Notes: generated by a model not told the origin, from the sequence alone. A stretch of DNA of 64,000 bases from Pseudobdellovibrionaceae bacterium (GCA_021463345.1 JAJTYM010000008.1:22468-86467); one strand, 5' to 3'. Positions 1-10,000 are shown, counted from the stretch's first letter. Translations and numbers: made by a program.

Positions 1-2
1 CG

Positions 3-1295
3 GTGACCGACGTCAGCCGCCACCTGATCAACGTCTTTTTCATGACGGAGGCGGTGAAAAAGAAGACGGGCGTCGCCAGCGGAGTGAAGCCGCTGCCGAT
101 CCGCGCGATCGGCGTGCTCGGCGCGGGCACGATGGGCGGCGGCATCGCTTACGTCGCGGCCGACAAGGGCGTTGAAGTCCGTATGAAGGACATCTCCAAC
201 GACGCGCTCGCCAAGGGCTTCGAACACGCGCGTTCGATCTGGGACAAATTGCTCAAAAAGCGCAGGATCAGCCAGCATGAGCTCACGCAGAGGATGAATC
301 GCGTGACCGGGGGCCTCGATTACGCCGGCTTCGGGCAGCTCGACGTCGTCATCGAAGCGATCGTCGAGGACATGAAAATCAAACAAAGGGTGATCGGGGA
401 GACCGCGTCCAAGTGCAAGCCCGACTGCATCATCGCCACCAACACGTCTTCGCTCTCGGTGAGCGAGATGGGCAAAGGGCATCCCAACCCGGAGAACTTC
501 GTCGGCATGCACTTCTTCAACCCGGTCGACAAGATGCCGCTCGTCGAGGTCATCCGCGGCGCGCGGACGAGCGACGTCGCGGTCGCCACGATCTTCGAAC
601 TCTCCAAAAAAATGGGCAAAGTGCCAGTCGTCGTCAAAGACGGGCCCGGTTTCATCGTCAACCGCCTGCTCGTGCCTTACCTGCTCGAGGCGATGTTCCT
701 TCTCGAGGACGGCATGAGCATCGAAACTGTCGATAAGGCTTATGTCGAGGGCGTCGGCATGCCGATGGGGCCGTTCCGACTGATCGACGAGGTCGGTCTC
801 GACGTTTGCGTGAAGGTCGCCAAGATATTCCACGAATCGCTGGGCGCGCGCATCGAGTTGCCGCCGGCGCTCGACAAATTCGGCGCGGCGGGGCGTTTGG
901 GCAAGAAGAACGGCAAGGGTTTCTACAAATATGACGAGCGAGGCAAGAGCCAGGGCGTGGACGAGTCGATCTACGGCGAACTGGGCCTCGGATCCCCGAC
1001 CGACAAACTCAAGACGAGCGAAGTCGTCGAGCGCGGGATATTCACGATGATCAACGAAGCTTCCCTGGCGCTCATCGAGGAGCGCGTCGTGGAAACGCCC
1101 GAGGAAGTGGATCTGGCGATGATCATGGGCACGGGCTTTCCGCCTTTCCGTGGCGGTTTGTTGCGCTATGCCGACTCGGTCGGCACGAAAAACATCGCCG
1201 ACACGCTCGAGCGCTACGCCATCCAGTACGGCGTGCGCTTCAAGCCGTCCAAGCCCCTGGCCAACATGGCCAAAACGGACCGTAAGTTTTACTGA
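3..1295 (+). CDS. 3-hydroxyacyl-CoA dehydrogenase part of a FadB/FadJ-type fatty-acid oxidation enzyme; 5' end cut by the window edge
   Basis: The ORF is open to the window start. It has the Rossmann motif GVLGAGTMGGGIAY, the 3HCDH core (NTSSLSV, HFFNPV..PLVEVI) and a C-terminal 3HCDH_C-like repeat. Third-position GC bias is strong. Confidence 0.85.
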   Translation: MTDVSRHLINVFFMTEAVKKKTGVASGVKPLPIRAIGVLGAGTMGGGIAYVAADKGVEVRMKDISNDALAKGFEHARSIWDKLLKKRRISQHELTQRMNRVTGGLDYAGFGQLDVVIEAIVEDMKIKQRVIGETASKCKPDCIIATNTSSLSVSEMGKGHPNPENFVGMHFFNPVDKMPLVEVIRGARTSDVAVATIFELSKKMGKVPVVVKDGPGFIVNRLLVPYLLEAMFLLEDGMSIETVDKAYVEGVGMPMGPFRLIDEVGLDVCVKVAKIFHESLGARIELPPALDKFGAAGRLGKKNGKGFYKYDERGKSQGVDESIYGELGLGSPTDKLKTSEVVERGIFTMINEASLALIEERVVETPEEVDLAMIMGTGFPPFRGGLLRYADSVGTKNIADTLERYAIQYGVRFKPSKPLANMAKTDRKFY

Positions 1296-1558
1296 CCCGC
1301 GGTCGAACCGATGTCGAGCGCGCTTCATCCCAGCCCGAGGCGAAGCGCGCCCGTCCGCCGCCAAAAGGTGACACGCACCTTTTTGTTTATGTCTGCGTCA
1401 TTGATTTCTTCGGACCTCGCTCGTCGTGGCGGGTGTGAGTGTCGCGGCGAGCTGAGCTGCGGCTTCAGTTTCCCAGTCCCTCCCTCCGCTCCTTCCCACT
1501 CCAGAGGCGGGCTCACTCTGTCGAGGAGTTTTCTCGTTGGTGGAGCGGATATGGCCTG

Positions 1559-2131
1559 TCACCAACCCGGATTTTCGCGCAGGAACACCAATTCTTCCAG
1601 TGTCGATGGTCGCTGCAGGATGGTGTTGCGGTGGGGAAAACGCTCGAACCTGGCGATGACCTGGTGGTGCTGGAGCGCATAGTCCAGATACATTTTCTGT
1701 TCGGGATGCTCGCCAGCGAGTCGCGTGAACAGTTCCACGGCGCGCAGTTGATCGTCGAGGTCTTCGCTGTGTTCGAAAGGCAGGTAGAGGAACGCGCGCT
1801 CGTGGGGGGTCATCGCCTTATCGTCGCCGCGCGATAGCGCGAGGTTCGCGGTCTGTCGGGCGATCGGGTCGAGCTCGAACGCCGCCGGAGTTCCCCGATA
1901 GGCGTTGCGGGGGAACTGGTCACAGACGAGAACCAGCGCCAGGGTCGATTCCGGCCGCATCTCCCAGTCAGTGAGTTCGCCTCGTTTCGCGGCCGTCATC
2001 AACGGAGTGAAACGGTTGCGGACCTCGTCGTCGAAAGCGTTGTCCTTGGCGAACCATGTTTGGCGGCGTTGGGATGGGTCGCCGTGAAACCAGAATTCCA
2101 ATACGTCCCGATACGAACCCACCTTGTCCAC
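1559..2131 (-). CDS. DUF924 family protein
   Basis: 190 aa. The pattern VLEFWF..., WFAKDNAFDDEVRNRF, CDQFPRN, FLYLPFEHSE, RFPHRN is typical of DUF924. Confidence 0.75.
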   Translation of the reverse strand: MDKVGSYRDVLEFWFHGDPSQRRQTWFAKDNAFDDEVRNRFTPLMTAAKRGELTDWEMRPESTLALVLVCDQFPRNAYRGTPAAFELDPIARQTANLALSRGDDKAMTPHERAFLYLPFEHSEDLDDQLRAVELFTRLAGEHPEQKMYLDYALQHHQVIARFERFPHRNTILQRPSTLEELVFLRENPGW

Positions 2132-2280
2132 CCCCTGTAACGGCTCCTGCCGCCGATGCTAGCAGGCGTCGGTCGTTGGCGACAAGGAGCGGGGCCTGCT
2201 TTAAGGCGAAGGGGGCGTGAGCGCAAACTCCAGCTTTCAGGTTCTTGGTGTTTTTAGGCTCGGTGAAAGAAAAATCAGAA

Positions 2281-2309
2281 TTGACTACGGGGGCGGCCTC
2301 CAGTAGAGT
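2281..2309 (+). promoter_or_regulatory. Putative sigma70-type promoter for tRNA-Gly
   Basis: TTGACT (2281-2286), a 17-nt spacer, then TAGAGT (2304-2309), ending about 24 nt upstream of the mature tRNA 5' end. Confidence 0.4.
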
Positions 2310-2332
2310 CCAGCTTCTCTTGTCTCAGGAGC

Positions 2333-2408
2333 GCGGGTGTAGCTCAGTTGGTAGAGCGCAACCTTGCCAAGGTTGAGGCCGACGGTTCGAGCCCGTTCAC
2401 CCGCTCCA
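2333..2408 (+). tRNA. tRNA-Gly (anticodon GCC)
   Basis: 76 nt with a full cloverleaf. The acceptor stem is GCGGGTG/CACCCGC. It has a D-arm (AGCTCAGTTGGTAGAGC), anticodon loop CTTGCCAAG, T-arm (GGTTCGAGCC) and an encoded CCA. Confidence 0.95.
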
Positions 2409-2501
2409 ATTAATTTTGGATGGTCTCCGCGCGAAATTGAAAAATCTGAAAATCTGGCTCCACTTGTTAGATGGTGGAAATGCGCCTGAAGACCAAGCCA
2501 G

Positions 2502-2696
2502 TTAAGCGTTTAGTAGCCTCAGCCTATAATTTTTTGCGCTTCGGTATCCAAAGCGCCCTGTACTGAAGGCCTTTTGCTTCTTGGGTTCGCGCTGAAGCCA
2601 CTGGATCACTTCTATATCCATACGGATGGTAACGGGCTTGGTGCCGGCTGCATGACGGTTGGATTTCGCTTTTGACCAATCGAGTTTCGTTTTCAT
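2502..2696 (-). CDS. BrnA-like antitoxin (ribbon-helix-helix type), possibly degenerate at the C-terminus
   Basis: 64 aa. MKTKLDWSKAK...KPVTIRMDIEVIQWL matches my memory of the BrnA pattern (DWSKAK...vtIRlD.dvl.Wf). Its ATG overlaps the upstream stop (ATGA). It lies in a low-GC region next to the tRNA. Confidence 0.4.
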   Translation of the reverse strand: MKTKLDWSKAKSNRHAAGTKPVTIRMDIEVIQWLQREPKKQKAFSTGRFGYRSAKNYRLRLLNA

Positions 2697-3088
2697 GCCC
2701 TGCTGTGCCTCCTGTATCCGATTTCTTCGGATGCCTCCGCTTCTCGTGCGGAGGTTCCGTCATTCATTTCCCAGTGGGCCACCAGTAGAACATTGCCGCG
2801 AAGGCTGAGCCTCACGATAATCTCTCGCTCCTGGGTTGAATGATCTCCGTCTGAAAAGATGGCCGCTCAGGCTTGCCGAGGTACGCGGCATATACGGGGT
2901 TTTCGGCCGAGGCGCCGGTGATTTTGCACTCGAACCGTTTGCCGTCATGGTCGACCGGAAGGGCAAGAGTGAGAGTCTTGTTGTGCGTCGATGCTGGATC
3001 GCAATTGAGCTTGGTGTTCAGGCCCGTAGCGTTGGACGCGCAGGGCGCTGAAAAATCCGTCGGTTATAGGGGTTTTGAATTTAAACAA
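2693..3088 (-). pseudogene. Frameshifted remnant of a BrnT/DUF497-like toxin gene
   Basis: A DUF497-like order appears only when three minus-strand frames are stitched together: LFKFK...DSHS, then GKRFECKITGAS, then GNVLLVAHWEMNDG..SAREAEASEEIGY. No single frame is intact. Confidence 0.35.
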
Positions 3089-3258
3089 AATTAGATTGTA
3101 TGGGTCCGCGGAACCAGGGGCCTTTTGGGAGGCGTGGTTCAGCCCCTCGAGGAAGCCGAGATCCGCTCCGCGCTCGCCCGCTCGACTCTTCAAATCTTTG
3201 ACGCCCGCTTGTAAATGATGGGATTTTATCCTAAGGTCCGACGGGTCGGAGGTGGCCA

Positions 3259-3534
3259 ATGGGAAAAAGGAAAGCAAACAGGCTCTCGAAGGATCAACGA
3301 TCCGAACTCATTCGTTTGTTCCGGAAAGGGGACGTTTCCTTGACGGAGGCCGCCGGCAAATTCGGGATCACTCCGGCTGCGGCGAGCGTTTATAAGAAGC
3401 GCGCCAACGTGGACCCCGCAGATGACGAGATCCAGCGGCTTCGCATCGAGAACGCGCATCTCAAAGAGCTGCTTCAGAGGCGTCTGCTCGCGATCCAGAC
3501 CGAAATGACGGCGATTGCGAAGATGCTGCGCTGA
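3259..3534 (+). CDS. Solo IS3-family OrfA-like HTH protein (probable insertion-sequence remnant; no OrfB/DDE gene follows)
   Basis: 91 aa. An N-terminal HTH (LSKDQRSELIRLFRKGDVSLTEAAGKFGITPAAASVYKKR) is followed by a leucine-zipper-like segment (EIQRLRIENAHLKELL), as in IS3/IS911 OrfA. Confidence 0.55.
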   Translation: MGKRKANRLSKDQRSELIRLFRKGDVSLTEAAGKFGITPAAASVYKKRANVDPADDEIQRLRIENAHLKELLQRRLLAIQTEMTAIAKMLR

Positions 3535-3606
3535 CGGCCTGCCCGCTTTTCAGGAGGGAGCCTTCGCCCGGGAGGCGAGAGCGCCGCCGCCCGAACGAAC
3601 GGGCGC

Positions 3607-4539
3607 TCAGAGCGGGGTTCCTTCTGGATCGCGTTTCGGTTCCTGCTTCGAGCCCCGCCCCGATTCGACGGGCAGGGGAATGAACTCCGCGTCGTCGCCG
3701 GGTATGCGCGGAAAGCGCCCGCTCGGGCGGCTCCCCGGGCCTTCGGCCCACTCGCGCTTCACCGACTCCAGGCGTTCCGCCGAGCTTGAGACGAAATTCC
3801 AATAAATGAAGCGTTGCCCGACCGGACTCCCTCCGAGCAGCATCGCGTGCGTGTCGTCGACGGCTTCGAAAACGGCGGGCGAGCCGGGCATCGCCACGCC
3901 CATGTCCCGCGCGCCGATTTCGTCGGAACCCAGCCTCGCTCGCCCGGTGACCACGTACAGCGCCGCCTCCCGCCCTTCGTGAGGGAGTGCGAGGCGTTGC
4001 CCCGCCGGGAGGAAAACTTCCAGGTAAAACAAGTCCGAGTGCACGCGGACCGGGCTCGTGCGCCCGAAGGCGTCGCCCAAGAGCAATTTCAGTCTCGCGC
4101 CGTCGATCGCGAATTCCGGCAGCGTGTCTTTGGGATGGTGGGCGAAGCTGGGTTCGATCTCTTCGTGCTCCTCGGGCAGAGCTACCCAGCACTGGATGCC
4201 ATCGAGTTCGGTTCCGCTCGCGCGCGCGTCGGGCGGCGTCCGTTCGGAATGCACGATTCCGCGCCCCGCGGTCATCCAATTGACCGCGCCCGGTTCGATC
4301 AATTGACTGGAACCGAGCGAGTCGCGATGGAGGATCCGGCCCTTGAACAGATACGTGACCGTGGCCAGATTGATGTGTGGATGCGGGCGCACGTCCATTC
4401 CGCCGCCGGGCGCGAAACTCGCGGGCCCCATATGGTCGAAAAAGATGAAGGGGCCTACCATCCGATGGGTCGCGTGGGGGAGGATGCGCTGGACGATCAG
4501 GCCGTCGCCGAGATCTCGTTCGCGGGAATGGATGATCAT
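3607..4539 (-). CDS. Pirin family protein
   Basis: 310 aa. The N-terminal cupin motif is ...RMVGPFIFFDHMGPA...HPHINLATVTYLF.G...HRDSLG, followed by a second cupin half. Confidence 0.85.
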   Translation of the reverse strand: MIIHSRERDLGDGLIVQRILPHATHRMVGPFIFFDHMGPASFAPGGGMDVRPHPHINLATVTYLFKGRILHRDSLGSSQLIEPGAVNWMTAGRGIVHSERTPPDARASGTELDGIQCWVALPEEHEEIEPSFAHHPKDTLPEFAIDGARLKLLLGDAFGRTSPVRVHSDLFYLEVFLPAGQRLALPHEGREAALYVVTGRARLGSDEIGARDMGVAMPGSPAVFEAVDDTHAMLLGGSPVGQRFIYWNFVSSSAERLESVKREWAEGPGSRPSGRFPRIPGDDAEFIPLPVESGRGSKQEPKRDPEGTPL

Positions 4540-4801
4540 GGCGAACTCCTTTGGCGTTTGGCGCCGGCGGCCCTATGACTGCGGCGAAGTCGCAGCCTAT
4601 CATGGATTCACCGTCGAAAGGAGCCTCGGGAGCGCGGATCCCGTCGTTGCAGCGGGGAGTCCGCGCGCCTCCAAACCGCGCCGACCTCGCCGAGGGCCCC
4701 CGTGTTTCCCGATGGTTTCGCCACGGGCTGTCGCGCCATGGCGCACGGACTTATATCCAGCGTCGGCTTTGAATTCGACTCGATTGTGGCTAGGATGGAG
4801 T

Positions 4802-5416
4802 ATGCGCAAATCCACTCGCTCCACAGCCGTTCGTTCCGTCTTCGTCGCTTTCGTACTCCTTTTGGCCTCCGCCGTGGACGCCGCCGTGACTCCTTTGTCC
4901 GTCGGTATCGTTCCGCCCGTGCAGTTCCCGCCAGCGGATTTCACCGTCGCGGGCGTGCGCGTGAGCGCGCTTTGGGGCCGGCATCGGGACGTTTACGGGA
5001 TCGACGTGGGTTTGCTCGGCAACATCACCGAGCAGGATTTCTTCGGCCTCGGCGTTTCAGGACTCGCGAATCACACTCAAGGGCGGACGACCGCCGTCGG
5101 CGCGCAGATCGCCGGGCTCGCGAACGTCAACGGCAACAAGACGAACGTGTACGGCGTCCAGGCCGCTCTGGCGGCGAACGTCAATTCCGCCGAGTCTTCG
5201 GTCAACGGGTTGCAGCTCTCGCTCGCGAACGTGAGCTCTTACACGAAGGTTCGGGGCGCGCAGGTCGGCCTCTACAACACCGCGAAGACCGTCTACGGCG
5301 TGCAGATCGGCTTGGTGAACGTCACGGACTCGCTCTACGGGATTCAGATCGGCCTCTTCAATTTCCATCACCAAGGCGTTTTCAAGATCTCCCCGATCCT
5401 CAATGTCGGTTTCTGA
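4802..5416 (+). CDS. Secreted or surface protein with G-x-Q-x-G-L-x-N type short repeats
   Basis: I chose the internal ATG at 4802 within ORF 4343..5416. The signal peptide is MRKSTRSTAVRSVFVAFVLLLASAVDA. Reiterated motifs include VYGVQAAL, NGLQLSLAN, GAQVGLYN, VYGVQIGLVN and YGIQIGLFN, and the C-terminus is PILNVGF. Confidence 0.7.
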   Translation: MRKSTRSTAVRSVFVAFVLLLASAVDAAVTPLSVGIVPPVQFPPADFTVAGVRVSALWGRHRDVYGIDVGLLGNITEQDFFGLGVSGLANHTQGRTTAVGAQIAGLANVNGNKTNVYGVQAALAANVNSAESSVNGLQLSLANVSSYTKVRGAQVGLYNTAKTVYGVQIGLVNVTDSLYGIQIGLFNFHHQGVFKISPILNVGF

Positions 5417-6034
5417 GCGGCACGTTGGATCGAGCCTCGCTTCCGGAAAGCGGCTTTGTTTGGCCGGAGTGGCCGCAGCCGAACCGCCGGTGGCTTTTTT
5501 GCCGCGGTTCGGGCGCGTCTTCGGCTTTCGCGCCAGCCGCTTCGCCAGTTCCGCGTCGAGAGTCTCGGTGTCCCCGGTCTTGAACCCCTTGCGGACGAGG
5601 ACCACGACGCCGCGGTCGTCCACGAGGTAGGAGGTCGGCATCTGCTGCGGGCCGAGTCGTTTGACGAAAGCGTGGCCGCGGTCGTCCACGAGAGTGTAGG
5701 AGACTTCGACCTCGTCGAGAAACGCGCGCGTCGCGACGGGGTCGTCGAGGACGTTGACGCCGACGATCTCGAAGCCGCGTGGCTTCCACTTGGCGTAAAG
5801 GCCGGAGAACGCCGGCATCGAGTGCCGGCACGCGTGGGTGTCGGCGCTCCAGACGTCCACGAGATGCACTTTGCCTTTGAGGGCCTTGGAGTCGAAAGGC
5901 TTGCCGTCCACGGTCCTGTTCAGCTTAAAGGGCGGGAACCGGTCCCCGACTGCGACCCTGGCGTGCGCCGTCGGGCTGCAGAAGAGTGAGAAAGCGAAAA
6001 CCGGGGCTGAAAACGCCCGCGCGACACGTATCAT
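5057..6034 (-). CDS. Thioredoxin-fold redoxin (TlpA / AhpC-TSA-like) with signal peptide and a long C-terminal extension
   Basis: The signal peptide is MIRVARAFSAPVFAFSLFCSPTAHA. The redoxin fold is GKVHLVDVWSADTHACRHSMP...GFEIVGVNV...PTSYLVDDRG, with THAC where CxxC is usual. The first in-frame stop is at 5057, inside the convergent gene. Confidence 0.65.
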   Translation of the reverse strand: MIRVARAFSAPVFAFSLFCSPTAHARVAVGDRFPPFKLNRTVDGKPFDSKALKGKVHLVDVWSADTHACRHSMPAFSGLYAKWKPRGFEIVGVNVLDDPVATRAFLDEVEVSYTLVDDRGHAFVKRLGPQQMPTSYLVDDRGVVVLVRKGFKTGDTETLDAELAKRLARKPKTRPNRGKKATGGSAAATPAKQSRFPEARLDPTCRSETDIEDRGDLENALVMEIEEADLNPVERVRDVHQADLHAVDGLRGVVEADLRAPNLRVRAHVRERELQPVDRRLGGIDVRRQSGLDAVHVRLVAVDVREPGDLRADGGRPPLSVIRES

Positions 6035-6088
6035 GGCATGATCGTACAGGCTGGCCTTCGATTTGCGCAATCTTCTCCGTCGACGGCC

Positions 6089-6577
6089 TCAGGCGGTCAG
6101 GCGCCCGGGCTCCCGGCGGTCGGCGCTGACGGGGCCGGCGCCGAAGTACGCCAGTAGGACCGCGCCGCCGATCATGGAGAGGTTTTTCATGAAATGAGCC
6201 CTCTGACCCATTCGCTCCATGGGATCGGTGAACGTCCAGAAGTCGTGCATCATGAACGTCACCGGCAGGAGGAACACGAGCAAGAGCAGGGCGCCGCTCC
6301 TGGCGTGCCAACCGGCGGCGATCATCAGGCCGCCGGCGAGCGCGATCACGCCGCTTAAAGGAACGAGCAGGCTCGGCAGGGGCACGCCGGCCTGCGCGGC
6401 GTACCCGATGGTCGAACTCGAGAAATGACTCAAAGAGGAAAGGACGAAAATCAACGCGAACAAGACGCGGCCGAGCGGTACGAGAGGCCGGGCGACGTCG
6501 CGGATGCGGATATCCGTGCGGCTGGAAGCGTTGGCGAGCGAGTCATATCGGGTCGCGGTCGGAAGCGTCGTTGCCAT
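6089..6577 (-). CDS. DoxX family membrane protein
   Basis: Four predicted TM segments. The sequence LGRVLFALIFVLSSLSHF...GVIALAGGLMIAAGW...KNLSMIGGAVLL is typical of DoxX. I prefer the start at MATTLP. Confidence 0.75.
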   Translation of the reverse strand: MATTLPTATRYDSLANASSRTDIRIRDVARPLVPLGRVLFALIFVLSSLSHFSSSTIGYAAQAGVPLPSLLVPLSGVIALAGGLMIAAGWHARSGALLLLVFLLPVTFMMHDFWTFTDPMERMGQRAHFMKNLSMIGGAVLLAYFGAGPVSADRREPGRLTA

Positions 6578-6734
6578 GGTATCCTCCGTTTTTCTGGAAT
6601 TTAAACGCAAACGGTTGCCGGCTTCGTGTCGTTCCGTTGTCGAATCCGTGAATCTCCGGAGACTCACGGATTCGCGCTGTCACGCGCGTCGCGACGGGCC
6701 GATCGGTTGCGGTCATGTGGCTTGCCGTCGCCGT

Positions 6735-6917
6735 TCAATGGCGGGTCGTCGCCCTCGTCCGTTTTTTCCTGGCCCCGCCGGTCTGCTTATTGACGGTCGC
6801 CCAGGCGATGCGCTCGGCCTTCTCAGGAGGCGCGCCCTTTTTTTTGTAACTTTTCTCGATGTGCCCGGCCATTCGTTTTCGTTTGTCGGTGTGACTCGAC
6901 TTGTCTCCGCGAGGCAT
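6735..6917 (-). CDS. Small basic conserved protein (family often annotated 'plasmid stabilization protein'; function unknown)
   Basis: 60 aa: MPRGDKSSHTDKRKRMAGHIEKSYKKKG...EKAERIAWATVNKQTGG. A strong SD (CAGGAGGA) lies 4 nt upstream of the ATG. Confidence 0.6.
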   Translation of the reverse strand: MPRGDKSSHTDKRKRMAGHIEKSYKKKGAPPEKAERIAWATVNKQTGGARKKRTRATTRH

Positions 6918-7078
6918 GGGTCCTCCTGATGCGGGGCATTCTCCCGGTTCTCCCGGCGTTTTCTAGAGAGGATGCTACGCTTCATGCCCCACGACATCCA
7001 GAAGCGATGGAGATGTGTCGACAACGACGAAAAGCCGCGGGGGATTGCGGGCCCGTTCGCACGACCTCCCGCGCCGGC

Positions 7079-10000
7079 TCAAGCGTGATCGCGGTTCGAG
7101 CGCTCGAGCCGGGTGAGCAGCAGGTAAAGCGCCGGCACGACGACCAGGGTGAGAAGCGTCGAGACGATCGTGCCGCCGATGATCGTCAGGCCCATCGGCA
7201 TGCGCGCCTCGGAGCCGAGCGCGGAACCGGTGACGAGCGGGATCGCCGCGGCGATCGTGGCGACCGACGTCATCACGATCGGGCGCAGGCGCACCGGGCA
7301 GGCTTTCAGGAGCGCTTGGCGCGGTTCGAGGCGCTCGTTCTCGCGTACGTGATTGGTGAACTCCACGAGCAGGATCGAATTCTTCTTGGCGATCCCCATC
7401 AAGACGATCAGCCCGATGAACGAGAACAGGTTGAGCGACACGCCGTAGGCCCAGAGGGCGAGGAAGGCGCCCGAGACGCTGAACGGGAGCGCGATCAGGA
7501 CCGGGATCGGGTGAATGAAAGAGTTGAACTGCACCGCGAGGATCATGTAGGCGACGACGATGCCGATCAGGAGGGCGTTGTAGAGGCTCGCGAACGCCTG
7601 GGCGAATCCGGCGGCGCCGCCCTCGAGGGCCACGCTGTAGCCGACCGGCAGGATCTCGCGCGCGATCTCCTGGGCGCGGGCGAGGACCCGGGCCTGGCTT
7701 TGGCCCGGGGCGAGGTTCCCGTTCACGCTGACGGCGCGCTGGCGGTTCACGCGGTTGATCGACTGCGAGGCGGCGTCTTCTTTCGCGACGGTCAGGACCG
7801 AGAGCGGCACCAAGTTGCCGACGGAATTGCGAACGTAGAGGCGTTGGATGTCTTTGGCCGAGCGGATCCGGTCGTCGGGGACTTTGAAGCGGATGTCGTA
7901 GCGTTGACCGGACGACGTGTACCGGCCCTGGCGGAGGCCGCCCACGGCCGCCGCGATCGTCTGACCGGCGCTTTCAACGGTGATGTTGCGGTCGGCGAGG
8001 GCCCTCCGGTTGGGGGTGAGCACCAACTCCGGGATGCCGGTGCGGTAGTCGGTGTCGAGATCGACGGCGAGGCCTTCGTCGGTCAGCCGCTTCATCAGCG
8101 TTTCCGCTTTTTCGTTGAGGACGGAAAGCTCGGGGCCGCGCAGGCTGATCGCCACCGGCTGCGAACGACCGGCCGAGAGGTTCCGCGCCGAGATGTCCCG
8201 CATCGTCACGCGCGTGCCTTTGATTTCCCTGAATTGGCCCCGCAAGCGGTTCATGATGTCGGTGTGGCTCGCGGCGCGCTCGGCTTTGGGTTTGAGCGCG
8301 GCGGGTATGAAGATCTGGTTCACTTGCGCGTTGGGGCCGCCCGCGCCGATGGACACGACGAAGTTCTCGATTTCGGGGACCGACCTGAGGATTTCCTCGA
8401 TCCGCAGCGAGACCTTTTCCGTGTATTCGAGCGAGCTTCCGGTCGGCGCTTGGGCCTGGATGATGACGAAATCCTGGTCTTGCGCCGGCACGAACTCTTG
8501 GCGCACGGCGCGCGTGAGCAGGAGGGAGACCGCGAACAGAGCCATCGAGACGATCACCACGATCCACTTCCAGCGCAAGGTGAAGTCGAGCAGCCTGCGG
8601 TACCGGGCGGCGATCCTCTCGAACGCGTGATCGAGCCAGAGCTCGAACTTGCCGATGTTGGGCGACGTCGACAGGAACGCCGCCGCCCGCATGGGCGTGA
8701 TGGTGACGGCTTCGAGAAGGGAGAGCATGACCGCGGCGGAGAGCGTGACGCCGAACTGGAAGAAGAATTTCCCGATCACGCCTTCCATGAAAATGACCGG
8801 CAGGAAGACCGCGATGACCGCGAGGGTCGCCGCGGTGGCCGCGGGCAGGATCTCCTTGGCGCCGTCGGCGGCGGCCACTTTTGGTTTTTTTCCCATCCTG
8901 TAATGCCGCACGATGTTCTCGAGCAGCATGATCGCGTCGTCGACGACGATGGAAACCGCGAGGGTCAACGCGAGCAGGGTGAACAGGTTCAACGTGAAGC
9001 CGGAGAAGTGCAGGATGATGAACGTGCCGACGATCGACGTCGGGATCGAGAACAGGATGTTGACCGCCGCTTGGATGCTGCCAAGGAAGAGGAAGCAGAT
9101 GACGATGGTGATGATCGCGGCGGTGACGAGTTTTTCGAGGGTCAGTTTGACCGTCGATTCGGTCGGGCGCGTGAAGTCGACGTTGATCCGGTAGCCGTAC
9201 CCTTCGGGGAACCGGTCGCTGATCGCGGCGAGTTTCTCGCGCACGGCTTTGGCGACCTCGACCTCGTTGGTGCCCCGCTGCTTGCGGACCTGGATCGCGA
9301 TCGCCTCGCGCCCTTCGAACCGGGCCATCCGGCGGATGTCGGAAAGGCCGTCCTCGACGTCGGCGACATCGCTGACGCGGATGACCTGATCGTTGATCAT
9401 CTGCCCGCCGCGCCGGAGGATCTGGATGTTCTTCACTTGGTCGACTTCGGTCGCTTCGCCGAGCCAACGCACGCGCAGCTCGCGCGCGCCTTCGGAGAAC
9501 TGGCCGGCCGCCGTTTCGATGTGCTGCGTGCGGAGGGCTTCGACCACGTCGAGGACGGTGAGGTACCGTGCTTCGAGTTTGTCGGGTTTGAGCCAGACGC
9601 GGAGGTTCCGCTCGCTGAAGCCCCCGATGCTGACCTCCCCGATGCCGGGGAGGAAGCGCAACTGGTCGAGGAGGTAGCTGTCGGTCCAGTTGAGCATCTC
9701 GCGCAAGCCGTCCTTGCTGAAGATCGAGACGATCAGGATCGGGTCTTCTTCGGGGTTCTGTTTTCGGATCACCGGCGGGTCCACGCCGGGCGGCAGGCGC
9801 AGCTGGCTGAGAGCGCTCTGCACCTCCTGCAGGGCGACGTCGACGTTGCGGTTGATGTCGAATTCGAGGGTGACGCGCGCCGCCCCTTGGCTCGCGCTCG
9901 AACGCATCTCCTTGATGCCTTCGATCGCGAGCAGGCGTTCCTCGACCGGATCGACCAGCTCGGCTTCGACGACTTCGGGAGCGGCGCCTTCGTAAGCGAT

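Noticed and set aside
1363-1384. A hairpin AAAAGGTG-acacg-CACCTTTT downstream of the fatty-acid oxidation gene, considered as a possible terminator.
   Set aside because: The stem has only four G/C-containing pairs and the rest are A-U, which is too weak to call without energy calculation or 3' end data.
3535-3606. A possible attR-type direct repeat of the tRNA-Gly 3' end at the far side of the low-GC scar.
   Set aside because: Only a 6-7 nt match (CCCGCT) was seen by eye, which is too short to be meaningful. A proper alignment search is needed.
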